From NCBI RefSeq assembly GCF_006345805.1, contig NC_042997.1, forward strand, positions 45,260,001 to 45,324,000: a stretch of DNA of 64,000 nt, in the 5' to 3' direction. A program made the position numbers and the translations under genes. This DNA is from Octopus sinensis (taxonomy: Eukaryota). This document shows, in pieces, positions 12,251 to 26,390 of the stretch (within the stretch, counting starts at the first letter, position 1; the number at the start of each line of letters is the position of its first letter). A model generated the notes under the pieces. That model was not told the origin of the DNA and did no database searches. It saw nothing but the letters and a program-made list of their open reading frames with translations.

Positions 12251-12753
12251 CATATATATGCATGTGTCTGTGTGAATGTCTGCTTTCTGTGCACTTTGCA
12301 TGCAGTAAAGTTTGTTCTCATTTCCCTGTCAAAACCGTGTGTTGCTGGCTGTGAGGAATAAGAGATTGTTTACTTGGAAAGCAGGAGGTAAGAATTAGCA
12401 ACAGGAAAGCTATCTGGCTGTAAAACAATGCCTACATAATATATATCCATGTAACCCATGCTAACAAGGAAAAACAGACATAAAAACAAATGCAAAATCA
12501 CTTCTGATTAGCCCCACCCCATCCCCACCTAGTCAGCTCTAATCAGACAAATCTATACTCAAAGGCATTTGGACTCTTTGATTACTGATCACTGCACTGT
12601 CCAATACATCTTCTTTTATTTAAAGATGGTGCCATGTGATCGGGGGGGGGGGAGATGGTTGCTATTTTTGCAGCTAAATCAACTGCACGGAAGTTACTTT
12701 GTTGGTTTGTTTTCATCAATATAGAATTATATATATATAAAAAAAAAATCACA

Positions 12754-12924
12754 GGCGCAGGAGTGGCTGTGTGGTAAGTAGCATGCTAACCAACCACATG
12801 GTTCCGGGTTCAGTCCCACTGCGTGGCATCTTGGGCAAGTGTCTTCTGCTATAGCCCTGGGCCGACCAATGCCTTGTGAGTGGATCTGGTAGACGGAAAC
12901 TGAAAGAAGCCTGTCGTATATATG

Positions 12925-12955
<31 letters not shown>

Positions 12956-13178
12956 TTGTGTGTCTGTGTTTGTCCCCCTAGCATTGCTTGACAACAGATG
13001 CTGGTGTGTTTACGTCCCCGTCACTTAGCGGTTCGGCAAAAGAGACCGATAGAATAAGTACTGGGCTTACAAAAGAACAAAGTCCCGGGGTCGATTTGCT
13101 CGACTAAAGGCGGTGCTCCAGCATGGCCGCAGTCAAATGACTGAAACAAGTAAAAGAGTAAAAGAGTAAGAGTAAAAG
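12754..13178 (+). mobile_element. SINE family A (copy 2), full length
   Basis: Runs from ggcgcaggagtggctgtgtgg to gactgaaacaagtaaaagagtaaaagagta. Confidence 0.92.
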
Positions 13179-14059
13179 ATGTGAAATGTGTAGAAGAGGG
13201 CCGAAAGACATTCAAACAGGACAGCAAAAAAAAAAACATTACATTGCCGCTAAAATAACCCCCCCCCCCAAAAAAAAATGGTGGAGAGGAGGTTTGAATT
13301 CCATTTAAAACAAAACTGCATTAGCAGACATGGCATGTCTTATTAGTTAGCCATCCGTCACTCAGTTAAGTATCCTAGGGAACACTAATGTATACCATGT
13401 ATTTAAGCAATCATTGATTTTGATCAGAATAAATAAATATGTATAAACAAATAGATATATATGAATAAATAAAAATAAGCATACAGCAATGGATCCCAAA
13501 CGTCTGCAAAAGAAAACAAAAGTTCTTTTTTACTAGTTCAGTTCTGATTTACCAATGGAACCACATCAAATATAGTCTTGGTTTCATTAAATAAATAAAT
13601 AAATAAATAAAAGCAACAACAAAAACGGCAGTGGCAGCAGCAACAACAACAAAGATGAAAACAACAACAACAATAACAATAACAACAACAACAACAGCAA
13701 ACAAGAATGAAGACTGAAACAAAACTGTTGCAGCATCAAAGCACTTGCATCTAAAACCTGCAATCCAATCCATTTGTCAGATTTCTGACAAATAACCGAA
13801 CATTTTTATCCAGCAGAGTTTCTATTTCATCAAAGACAGTTGACTGATGGTTCCTGCTGCTGCGTACATTGGTTATTGTATGGGAAGGGAGGGAGGGACA
13901 GGGAATTTGGGCAAAAAAGAGAAAAAAAAGGAAAGAGGAGAGATACTTTATAATAAGATCTTAGATCTGATTAAAAATACGTTGGGTTTCCAATCAGAAA
14001 ACATTAGTTCAGAGAGAGATATTAAAATTGAAGTAAAGCTAAAAAGGTCAGAGGAAAAT

Positions 14060-14133
14060 ATTTGGTTGACAGAATCAATTTGTCTTCAAGAGAGAGATGG
14101 AGAGAAAGAGTGGACAAAGGGGGAGAGGAAGAG

Positions 14134-14177
<44 letters not shown>

Positions 14178-14582
14178 ATAGTGAGAGGAGAAGTTGGGTA
14201 AGAAAGTAAGAGTATTGCATGAGAGAAGTAGATTTTGAGGCGGGGGAGAGAGGGTGAAAGAGCAGAAAAGTCAGAAGAGTGATAAATAGGTGACAGGACA
14301 AAAGGAGGAAAGTGAGAGGGAAGAGAGAAAAGCAAGTGAGGAGAGAGAAGAGTGAGTGAAGCAAGAGAGTGGCAGGGGAGGAGGAGAAAAAGAAGGATGT
14401 GAGAAGGAGGAGAGAAAGGGAAGAAAGAGAGAAAGAGGAAAAAGAAGTGAGAGAGAGAGAGAGAGAGAACCATGAAAAAGGAGAGAATGTGTGAGGAAAT
14501 GGGAAAAATATAGAAGTAAGAAGAGACAAAGAAGTGAGCAGGAGAAAAACAATGCCAAAGCGAGAGAGAGGAAGAGAGAGAG

Positions 14583-14617
<35 letters not shown>

Positions 14618-14645
14618 GGTAAATTGATAGACAGAGAGAAAGATG
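14060..14645. repeat. purine-rich (GA)n/GGA low-complexity tract
   Basis: Plus strand is dominated by G and A over ~580 bp with several pure (GA)n runs. Confidence 0.9.
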
Positions 14646-16059
14646 TGATGGAATGGAAGTAGTGATAATAATGAGTATCCAGGTAGCAGTGACAGATGTA
14701 GTATTTTCAAAATGGATTGTTACCATCAGAATCAATTAAAAAGAAACTAGATAGCCAGAAGAATAAATGCTGGCCAGGATGAGAGCATTTTGAAATGCCA
14801 TGCAGTGAATTAAGTTGACATTCAAAAACATTCCGCATCAAAATGAAGAACTCTAGCAAGCAGATAAGATTAAATATTTCCTCTAGATATAAAAAGCTAT
14901 GAAAGTGGGTGAAGTCAAGGTAACTGGAGTGTGTACAAATAATTGCTTCAGTAGTGTATGTCAAATTGCTGCACATGTGTCTTTCTGAGAGCCTGAGATC
15001 TCAGACTAAATAACCATTTAACATTTACAATCTGAAACAATGGCCATAGAATAGACATTGTTTTTTGGAAAAAATAAAAAGATTAACACAAAAATATTAA
15101 AGATTTGATACAAGAAGAAAGTTAAGGAGAATTTCTTCTTGTTTTGCCTTCATTCCTTTTGGGGGTTCAAAAAACAAAGAACCAATGAATACTGTAGGTC
15201 AACAGAATCAACTGATTCCATCCTCTCAAAAGTGGCAGCCTTGTACTTAAATCAGAAAGCATTATTAATACCATCATTGTGGCTGTAGGTTTTCTTCATT
15301 ATTCAGCTGTTTTTTATGTTGAAAAGTATGGAAGACTATGTAATAATGAGAAGTACAGTGGGCTACCACTATTGAACTGGTTAGCAGATGACAAGTGGTT
15401 TCTATTCTATAGCAACACTGTAATGTAAATGAGAGCCGGTGGGGTCTCTGTGGCTTTCTAACAATTTAAGCATGGGAGGGGGAAAAATCATTTTATTTTT
15501 GTTGATTTAGTTTTATTTAAAGGCAGTGTATTCAACTAATTGCAGATTTTAGAAACACCTATTTTTCTTTATAGTTGTTTAAAGTAATTATTGTAATTCT
15601 ATATTTAAAAACTGAAATCAAGAATTGTTTTTAAAAAATGGTCATGCTGGGAGTGCTTATGCCTACACATTGCTTCTATTTTTTAAATATTTTGTTACTG
15701 ATTTATGAATTATATTTTATAAAATAACAAGTTTAGCTTTGTATAAAAATGTATGGGAAATGTAGCCATGTTAGATAGCAGTTAACTTCAATGTGGCTAT
15801 TCAACATAAAAGCATTCCTCATCTGACCTACACTCTTAACTCTCAATGGCCTAGATGGTAAGATGTTGATATTTAATCCTAGGTCAACCCTGACCAAGCA
15901 GACACATGATATGTGGCAATAAGCAATCTGAACACTAGGACTCTGCCTAAATGAAGACCATACTGTGCATTCTGACAAGCAATGGTGTATACTATGAGGT
16001 ATAGCGTGCAAGTGTAGACTTATTTTTTCCCCTGTCTAATCTGTTTGTGTATGAATGTA

Positions 16060-16640
16060 GTGGTGGCCAGAATAGGAAGGGGCAATGTGGACACAATCAA
16101 AGAAGGACATATCTTAGGCAGATGTGTACTTATGTCTTTGGTGTATCTATATCCCAGTAGCAACATCAAGAACAGTCATTAATTTTGTGCTTGAGGCCTT
16201 TCTGTTTGAAGAGAATGCGGGGATGACAATTTTACGATAGCACTGCAGTATTGTTTTGGGTGTTTGGAGTAGATTATACATGTAATAACAGGTAGTGTGA
16301 CAGTTGAAGCTTGCTGTAACAACACAGCCTCCTCTCTTTGCATATGTTCTGATCGTCTTTCATGTCAAGCATGTTTTTTGTTTTTTGTTTCATGTGTAGG
16401 TTATCTGTGAGTGAGGTCTGTGTGAAGTATGTTATTTTGTGTTGTTTGTAGTTTGTTGTTGAGATATATTGGGTTGAAATATATTGTAGGACTGACATAA
16501 TCCACCGTGAATCTAATATATTATTTAAACTCTGGCATTGTTGCTTCTTTGTGTTGTTGAAATGCGGTGCATGCGAGTGCTCTTAATATGTTTTACATTA
16601 ATTTGTTTTCATTACTATTTTCTCTCTTTGGGTATTGTAG
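16060..16640 (-). mobile_element. possible very old LINE endonuclease remnant
   Basis: Scattered pieces on the minus strand (QINVKHIKS; aaagacgatcag..agaggaggctgtgttgttac resembling R.DR..GGG..Y). Many stops, so support is weak. Confidence 0.25.
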
Positions 16641-17321
16641 ATGAATGTTGGTGTGAATGTATGTAAATTCTAGTATCTGTATGTGTGTGTGTGTGTGTGT
16701 GTAGTGGTAGTATGCCTACATTGTTGAGTGTAAGGTTCGGTTGTATCTGATGGTCTTCAATTGTTGCTAGAACAAAGAGAGATTGCTGTTGTCAACCTTG
16801 ATTGAGCACACCTGTGATCACAGGTATTCCAAGCATGATAATCCCATTATTCTTGTTTTTCCTAGTCATAGAGTGTGACACACTACATTATCCTATGCAA
16901 CCTTTCCTTCATTTAAGATGGCAGGGTGTGATTCGAGGAAGACTTTATTGTTACTTCTACCAGGTTGAGTGGTCAAATAGGGGCTCTTTCACTGATTCAA
17001 AAGAAGATGGTGGATTCTGCAGGTACCTCTTTTAATCCTTTTGTTTGGAGCTATGTTTCAAATTGGTTGATGTGTTAGAGTAGCTGTACGGTTCTACCTG
17101 GAAAATGGGGGTGAGGAAGTGATTGCAATGTTAGGAGGCTGTTGAGTATGCTTAGCCAGAAAGTGAGAAGTTTGTTGGGGCATAAATTACAAAAACGTGT
17201 GAGCAGAATCTGGCAGAACTCACTCTGAAAACATGCAGATTATACATGTGTGTGTGTTTGTGTATACATGTACATGTGCTAGCATAAAAAAGTGGATGCA
17301 AAAGCAATATGTATGTATGTA

Positions 17322-17452
17322 TATTCTTTCAGTTTCTATCTACCAAATTCACTTACAAGTCTTTGGCTGCTTTAGGACTCTATCAAAAACACAATGGGAC
17401 TGAACCCAAAACCAAATGGTTGAAAAGAAAACTTCGTAACCATACAATCATC
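17322..17452 (-). mobile_element. old family A head fragment
   Basis: ttctttcagtttctatctaccaaattcacttacaag..gggactgaacccaaaacc aligns to the family A 5' module. Confidence 0.65.
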
Positions 17453-17524
17453 CCTTAATCATGCAAACATAAATGTGTGTGTGTGTATATTATTTACCAC
17501 TGTGATGCATACTATAAACTGTAG

Positions 17525-17585
<61 letters not shown>

Positions 17586-18396
17586 CAAGATAAGGGCAGA
17601 AGAAATTTAATTTAATGGTTATCGACAATTTTTTGTTTCGGCGTATCTGGCATTAGAATTTTCTTCTTGTAATTTATGTATAAATTTTACCTTTAAAGGC
17701 ATTTTTTGATATGCTGGCCATTGATAAAATTTTTTTCCCATCTATATATATATATATATATATCTTTGTTTAGTGAAGTGATACATATTTTAATATTAAC
17801 AATCTCTACTGATTTTTGATGCAACTAGAACTCTACCAGTTGTCAGACTCTACAGAAAAAAACTCAATACCTTTTTGGTAACAGGCAATTACTTGCATTT
17901 CTACAAGTTCCATCCCCATTTAACAGAGAGATGTACTTCTATAACAACCAAATTAGAGAAGGTGAATCCAATGTCGTTATAGAATCTGCCAGGAAAGGAA
18001 GGAATTCTTACTTGAATAATAAATACTTTTCTTAAAAGCCTTCGCTACTACACATTAGTGTCACTAGTTTCTGTTGTGTGTGATAAGACTCTATGCATTC
18101 ACATGGTATAACTGTCCAGACAGGATTGCTACTGTGGTAATAGACCACCTGAGATAATTAAAATGGAAGCAAGATGATTGAATTGATAAGGTATTGGAAT
18201 TCCTGTGCATGCTTCTGGGCTGATGTCTATTCCATGTCGGGAAAGAGATACCATATTTTTTGAGCAAAGTCCAATGCATATCTCTGACCATGAAAGATAA
18301 TGTAATATTAGTTTCACATTATATACAAGTTTGGTGTTTCAAGTCTTTTCTTACATTAAGAACAGAGTTTGACCAATTACAAGAAAAATGTGTGTG

Positions 18397-18456
<60 letters not shown>

Positions 18457-18819
18457 TGTGTGTGTTTAGGTTTGGTGATGCAAACAGGAAAAATGATAGT
18501 ACTCAAAGCTTATATATTTATTAATATTTGGCAGAAGTAACAGAGTGAGTCAAGGGCTGAGAGTTTTATATATTGGTTTGATAAATGCCAACACATGAAA
18601 CCCTCGACCCTGGAGACACTCCATTACTTCTGCCAAATATATATATATATATATATCCTACCCAACCTTATATAAATATTGGGTAGCCATGTAGCTTATC
18701 TATAGCAATACACCTCTGCTTGTCCCTAACACAAAATCACTTCTACACTCTCTCAAATACTTCCCACCCCCCACTTAGTCAAGTGGGCTTTTCCATTTTC
18801 CTCCTTTTCTTTTTGTTTT

Positions 18820-19028
18820 TTATCTTGCAAGTTACTTGTCAACAACCACTCATGTCAGTTGCATGAAAAAAAAGTACCTAGTACACATTGTAAAGTGATT
18901 GGTGATAGAAAAGGTCATTCAGCCATAGAAACCACAAATAAAGTTGACATGGAGCATGATGCAGCCTGGTGACTCACTGAACCCTGTCAAACTGTCCAGC
19001 TCGTGCTGGCATGGAAAATGGATGTTAA
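18820..19028 (+). mobile_element. diverged family B-like 3' module
   Basis: ttggtgatagaaaaggtcattcagccatagaaacc..gcagcctgg..gctggcatggaaaatggatgttaa. Confidence 0.6.
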
Positions 19029-19029
19029 G

Positions 19030-19190
19030 TGATATGTGTAGGCTTTGTGGAGAAAGGGTCACTCTATTACACATCTTGGCAGGGTGCAGTGTAGCACTTT
19101 CTCAAGGCAGATATAAATGGCACCATGACAGGGTGCTTGCAACACTTTCTCACACCCTGGAGCAGGAGTGGCGCAAGAAACATCATCACC
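19030..19190 (+). pseudogene. HERO-like (RLE-clade) non-LTR fragment, CCHC knuckle region
   Basis: CRLCGERVTLLHILAGCSVALSQGRYKWHHDRVLATLSHTLE matches the C.LC...TL.HIL.GC..AL.QGRY.WRHD.VL motif of HERO-type elements. Confidence 0.7.
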
Positions 19191-19192
19191 GG

Positions 19193-20029
19193 CAATGTGA
19201 GCTGGACAAAATATACAAGTGGGCTGTAAAGAATAGCATGCAGTTTAATGTTGAAAAGTTTCAAGCCTTGTGCTATCAGCATGCAAAACTAAATGCAATA
19301 CCCATTAAATACACTGGATCTGGAGGGATTGCAATCCCAGAGGCACAGTCAGTGTGAGACCTGGGCATTTACATGAGTAATGATGCATCCTTCCATGTGC
19401 ATGTTGCTAAATTGGCAATAAAATGCAAGTGGCTGACCGGATGGATTCTTAGAACTTTTAGAACAAGAGATCAGGAAACCATGATGGTGCTCTGGGGGAC
19501 ACTTGTCCAAAGCCACTTTGACTACTGCTCTCACCTATGGTCACCAACCAGTATCAAATTACTCTCAGTACTTGAGGCAATCCAACGAAGCTACACAAAG
19601 AAGATAGCCTCTATGCAACATATAAGCTACTGAGAAAGACTCTATTCCTTAGAGTGTAGGTAAGAAAGATATGCCATAATATAAATCTGGAAGATCCTGG
19701 AAGGACTTGTGCCAAACTTTGGCATCAGGAGTTACACAAATACTAGAACTGGGCATCACTGCATAGTGCCAAGGACTCCAAATTTACCATCAAGATGCAG
19801 GACAAGATACTGTAATAGCCTAAGCTTCAGAGGTCCACAGTTCTTCAATATCCTCCCGAAGGACCTGAGAGATCTGCATAGGGTGGATGTAGGTGTCTTC
19901 AAAATAAAGCTGAACCTCTTACTGTCAAGTGTCCGAAATGAACCAACTTCACAGCAGGAGGTGCAGATGAGGGCAGCAGCATCAAACTCCCTCATGCACC
20001 AAATGTCACTTCCTAAAAAGCATTCGTAA
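19193..20029 (+). pseudogene. 5'-truncated CR1/L2-group LINE, end of RT plus C-terminal domain
   Basis: LDKIYKWAVKNSMQFNVEKFQAL..(R)DLGIYMSND..WILRTFRTRD..DYCSHLWSP..LEAIQRSYTKKI..FNILPKDLRDL..FKIKLNLLLS..RAAASNSL; carries stops and frameshifts. Confidence 0.88.
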
Positions 20030-21117
20030 AGTAAAATTATGTAGCAACTTGTGAGCTGAAACTAGATATTAAAAAAAATACTCTGAGATTTCATTATATT
20101 TATTCATCATAAAATTCTTAAATTATTATTATTATGAATTGTAATTGATCGTCCCTGGTTGTTGACAGCCTAGTAACTATACCAATAGGCTAAATGCTGA
20201 CTCTCCCTTGAAATCTATGGAGAAATTATACTCCAATCGCATAACATTTTAGCAAATAATAAATAAATAAATAAAATTATTATTTTTTAATTTTATTTTA
20301 TTTATTTATTATTCTTGGTTTTTTTGTAAATGGAATTCCTGAAAAGTCAATTAGTTTAATAGTTACATGTCAGAAATAAAATACACTGACCTAAAATATT
20401 CCTGAATAGATGCCAAACCTAGAAAGGATTATATGCCATCCACCCAAACTGCAAGAGATATACATTCTACACTTTACTCTCTTGTAGCAATATTTACTCA
20501 AATCATTTTTGGACAAAGTATGAATCACAATAAAATATATTGACTAACATCAGCTTGATCTCCAACGGTCTCCTGTCAGCTACTCTACTATCATTAAAAA
20601 AAAATGTGCTGTACCATATAACAAGGCCATTACTCATCAGACACATTCAAATGTACTCATTTGTAAACTATCCAATGTATAAACTAAATATTTAATAGTC
20701 TTTCAGCCCATGTGAGCTTATGCGACTCACGAAAATAATGTCCAACATAATATAATGTTTTAAAATCAATGAGCGAACAAAGAATTTCTTTATCGATGTT
20801 GCAACAGTCACTGAGTGATACCATATTTTCCTGATTTCTATACATACAGTACAATCTCTGAAAATTACAACTGCTAGACATTCTTCCCTCTAAAATAGAA
20901 TCAACAGAATTGTTTGTAAAATGATTGTGTGTGAGATTATCTCTAGCTAATGCTTTCACTGACCACAACTAGAATTATATCCATTTACATGAGACCACTA
21001 AATATTATTTGGTGCTAATAATTCCAATTCAACCATTTGGGAGTTTGTATTTTGAATAAGGAACAATAGCTTTTCCTGATACACAACATATCATAAATGT
21101 TGTATTATCTTCCATCT

Positions 21118-21295
21118 TATTTATCACATGCCTTGTATTATTACTATTTAATATATATATATCTTGCTATTATGACTATTTAATGAACATTATTTATGAC
21201 ATGCCTTGCTATTATTACGATTTAATGAACGTTATTTATTCTATATCTTGCTATTATAACTATTTAATGAAGGTTATATATCAATATTAGCAATG
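21118..21295. repeat. degenerate AT-rich minisatellite, ~40 bp unit x ~4
   Basis: Recurring cttgctattat.actatttaatgaac.ttattta. Confidence 0.7.
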
Positions 21296-21877
21296 ATAGA
21301 AATGAAGTGTAAGACTAAAGACCTATCAGTATCGCCTATTATTCTGTTAGGTTCTGAATTCAAATCCTAGTGGTATCCTATTTTATATTTCATCACTTCA
21401 GATTTGGTAAAACAAAACCACAGAAACAATGGAGATGACGCAATCACTATAGCAAAATTTATGATAAACTTGTCCCAATGTTAGAAAACAAAATCATCAT
21501 AATTCATTTGTTTTGCTAAGCAGTAACAGTAAATGCCACATTAAAAGTAATACAGCGATTAGTTTTGTCTTTTTATATCCTGGTGTTCAAATCTTATCTA
21601 AGTTGACTTGGCATTTTAACTTCTGTGATTAGTGAAATGTTATGTACTAAGGTTGAGTTCATTGACTAGACTTCTCCATCCCTCTGTGTCGTGCTAATGT
21701 ATGAAATGGTGTTCTTTTAAGCGTGGTGCTCCAGCATGATTACAGTTACCCAGCTACAAACAGTATCAAAATAATACAAAGATTATGGTTCTTTAGTTCT
21801 TAAAAATCAACTCTATACAACAAACCTATGATCAAAGACATTCAGGCTTGGACACTCATTGCTTTTTTCGGGTATCT

Positions 21878-22207
21878 ATCATCATCATCATCATCATTTA
21901 GCGTCCGCTTTCCATGCTAGCATGGGTTGGATGGTTCAACTGGGGTCTGTGAAGCCAGAAGGCTGCATCAGGCCCAGTCTGATCTGGCAGTGTTTCTACG
22001 GCTGGATGCCCTTCCTAACGCCAACCACTCTGTGAGTGTAGTGGGTGCTTTTTACGTGCCACCCGCACAGGTGCCAGACGGAGCTGGCAAACGGCCACGG
22101 ATGGATGGTGCTTTTTATGTGCCAGGCGAGGCTGGCAATGGCCATGATCGGATGGTGCTTTTTACGTGCCACCGGCACGGGGGCCAGGCGAGGCTGGCAA
22201 TGGCCAC
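21878..22207 (-). mobile_element. family B copy
   Basis: (atc)n-tttagcgtccgctttccatgctagcatggg... followed by about 2.5 VNTR units. Confidence 0.9.
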
Positions 22208-25200
22208 AAATGCTGCCCTTTCTTATTTAAGAGCATGAGGTTTTATTTGAAAAGATTCAGCTGTTATTTCTAGAAAACCAAACACAAACATATTGCTCAT
22301 GTTGTGAGTAAAAACATTTAAAAAAGTTTGGTGGTATGGTAGAATAAGTGTAAGGCAGATTAAATATCATGTAATATTTAGGCATGTCACTTTACATTCT
22401 GAATAAAAATCCTCCTGGGATGGAAATTTTCTCTACATTCCTCTGCTGGTTTGTAACATACTAGTAATGTATTATACATCTCCTTTACAAATTTATAGAC
22501 ATATGTCAATGTAAGAAAAGATACTTAGCTGAGACATGAATGGAAACCTATTTCTGTTTCATTAGTATACAGAAATTAAGACATCACAGGATATCACCAA
22601 GCCACATTTCATATATTGGAAATTATATTACTGATAATGGTAACTTATTAAAAAAAAATGATGCAATTAATTCTATATTTAAAAAAAAAAAATTTTTTTT
22701 TTTGTATAGTTGTAATTACTATCATAATAAGTAAAAACACATGTTACATTTTATGTTATATAAAATATAATTTTAGTTTTGAAATACATGACGAGATAAT
22801 GTAATGATTAGAAAAAGAGCTGTAAAGAAATAAAAGTTGAATTAAACAATTTAAACTGATAGATATTCATGTAAGTGGCAGAAATGTCTTAATTTGTGTA
22901 ATTTTGTCTAGTAAGAGATTTAGTGAAAGAACAGTAATAGAATAATAGTCACTTTACTGAATAAATAACCAGACATAGAAGCCAGTCATAGTTAAGATGG
23001 TGGCACCTGCATCAAAAGTGATATAAGGTAGATTAATGTAGTAAATTATTAATCTCATCAGCAATCAACTCTGTAAACATCACATATTTTATAGTGTGAT
23101 TTTATATTTAGTTTAAGTCTAGAAATTCTTCCTCTCACTAGCACAATTTGGCACCAATCATTTGCAGTATTTTCATTTTTCTGGTAGATAGATATCAGGA
23201 AAAAAGAGAGCTGATGGTTGGAGGAATGGAGAGTTAACAGACACAATTATGAGGAATCGAACACAAAGCAAATGAAAATATAGTCTTTGATATTACAACA
23301 GTTGTAATAAAAATAAATTAAAGCAGAATTAACAATAATAACCTCACTGCTTTTAAATTTTGTCGACAAACTCGTAAGATTAGGAGGTGTTTTGCTCAAT
23401 AGAAACAAAATTTAAAATTAGGCAGGGACAAGGATTTTCTTCAGTTGTTTTTTATCAAAGCTTTTCTTTATTAAGTAACCATAGCCCTTAGAGATTGTAC
23501 CCAGGTGTAAGCAGCCCTAATTGAAAGAAGATCCCCTGACACAAATTCCTTAATTCCATGAGTAAAATACACTTTCTCTGCCTTATCTTCTCAAATTGCA
23601 AAAGTCATTCTTTTCTGAACTTACACTAATTCTTCATTTACATTCCTCCCTTGCAATACACACACACACACACACATATATCTACTCATACTCATATCTC
23701 TATGGAAGCATCATTCTTGTCTCCCTTTCTCTCAATGTCTAACATCTTGCGACCAAATATAAACATTAATAACTGAAATTAAACATTAATTCTACTAACT
23801 TCACTACTAATCAAGCTACCAATTTACCTTTGTAGTCAAAGAGAGATCCATCATGCATTTTTAATCACTTCTCTTTCAGTAAGCTATAAATAAAATTGGT
23901 GCTATTTCCTACAAATTATCAGACATTAATTTTATGCAGTTCTCAGTATACACTCCCATCATATCCAAAGTCCTTATCATGTGCACATTGGCTCAAGAAG
24001 AAACACCTAACTCTAAACATTCTTTACAGTTTATTCGGCTTTGAAACAGTAGAACAATAGTCAATTCGCGCATATGATAATGGTGACTATCATCAAAGGT
24101 ATCAATGTGCAATTTTCATCCCTTATCCCCATTGATTTTCTATATTGTTCTTGGCTACAATGAAAAATATTGAAAAACTGGGGATTATGACACCATTGTT
24201 ACCCCTATTACCACCAGCACCAGCACCACCACTACAAATGCTGTGACCGCCACCAACAGCTCCAACACCGAAAATAAAGTAAGAAACAAATTGAATAATG
24301 ATGAGATTTTTTTTTTTTAACTGCTTAAATGCTGTTAACTTAGATGAATTGATGTAATTAAACTCTGTCCTTCAAAACTAAAATGTTAGTGTTGTTCCTG
24401 TAAAGTGATGATAAAAGAACCGTTTCTATAACAACAAATGAGATAAAAAAAACCCCCAAAAAACATGATTCTAACTGGCACAAAACAGCCTAATTTTTAC
24501 TGCTCATCTGAACCCAATATAAAAACCAGACAAATTGAAAATGACAGGGAGAATTACAGAAACAAGGAAACAGTAATTTCAACTCGGCTAAGTGTTGGTC
24601 AAAGCAGTTGTTTGGATTGTTATCAGAGAGGCAAACTAAACCATTATCTTGAAAGGTTAGCATAATATTGAACCTGTTATGGATATTGGCATACAGAACT
24701 AATACCCTAACTGTTTGGATGGCTTTATTCTGTGCTGTATTTATTAATGGTTAATAGAGAAGTATGTTTACCATAAAAGTTAGAAATGGAGGTGCTCTTT
24801 AGCAGCTCTTAAGGGGGGGAGGCTGATGTGAAAATAAAATAAAAACTGCCTTCTTGTGTGCATGAATTATATTATTATTATTATTGTTATTGATGATGTT
24901 GTTGTCATCATCATCATCACCTGCGATTTTTAATGGAAACAACGTGAAAGATGTTTTCAATTAACAAGTGATATACCTGGAACTGAAAGCTGAGTATATT
25001 ATCACATAAGGAGAAGTGTGGATGCTGAAAGTATCTTTCATTTGTCCGCCCTGCCCCCCACTGCATCCACATTTACAAAATAAACTCCATAAAGAAGTTC
25101 AAAATGGTATTTCTTTCAGGAGAGAGAGTTTAGTGGCACTTAAAATAACTTTCATATTAAGGAAGCAAAACTTTTTAAAGGGAGAAGAGAGAGAAAAAAA

Positions 25201-25599
25201 AAAATAATGAGACAAAACAAAAAAAAAAGAAACGAGATAAAAAAGATATGCTCAAGGGGAATAATTATAAAGATCCGATTCCAAAGGGATATTCAGACAG
25301 ATTAAAAACAGCTGCTATGAAAAGGAGAATCCGATAGTAAGAGTTACAAACAAGCCTAGTTAGGGAGATAAAGAGAGAGAGAGGGGACGGAGAATATTGC
25401 TAAAAGATGAAAGTTTAGACTAATGTAACAGAAAGAAAGGTAGAAAGAAAACCAGACACACATCTATATACTCACACACAGAAGTATAAACACACACACA
25501 TACATAAAACACACACACATACATACATAAATATATATGTATACATACAAACATACAACCCATGCCAGCATGGAAAGTGGACGTTAAATGACGACGATG

Positions 25600-25871
25600 A
25601 TGTATACAAACATATATATATAATATATATATATTATATATATACATACATATATACACATGTATACATATATACACATATGTATATATATATACAAATA
25701 TGTATATATATATACACTATGTATATATATACACATATGTATATATATATATACACATATGTATATATTATATATATATACATACATATATATAATATAT
25801 ATATACACACATATATATATATATACACACATATATATAATATATATACATATATATATAATATATATATA

Positions 25872-25905
<34 letters not shown>

Positions 25906-26390
25906 CACATACATACATACATACATATATACACATGTATACATATATACATATATATATATATATAATATATATATATATATTATATATATATATATTA
26001 TATATATGTATACATATATATAATACATACATATATATGTATACATATATACATATATGTGTATACATATATACATATATATGTATACATATACATATAT
26101 ATATATTATATATACATATATATACACATACATATATGTTTATACATATATATACACAAACATATATGTGTATACATATATATATACACAAACATATATG
26201 TGTATACATATATATACAAACATATATGTGTATACATATATATATATGTATACATATATGCATATATATATACACACACACATATATATATACACACCCA
26301 TGCATACACATACATATAGACACATATGGACATCCACACACTCACAAACATGTAAATATATACACATGCACACAAACATAAATATCTGCA
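25600..26390. repeat. compound TA/TACA microsatellite with a short higher-order repeat
   Basis: Directly visible; acaaacatatatgtgtatacatata occurs 3 times at ~26155-26245. Preceded by a family B tail at 25556-25602. Confidence 0.95.

Noticed and set aside
12727-13239. Recurring ORFs such as MSSNARGTNTDTQT..RRHLPKMPRSGTEPGTMW seen many times in the window
   Set aside because: These are frames of SINE family A copies; they vary with microsatellite length and show no frame conservation.
20712-20742. Hairpin gtgag/ctcac followed by GAAA and a GUC
   Set aside because: No CYGANGA core, helix I or helix III pairing, so not a hammerhead.
20684-20968. ORF with LCSLIDFK resembling the LINE RT motif C.FIDF.KAFD
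   Set aside because: Only a short partial match; the KAFD motif is absent.
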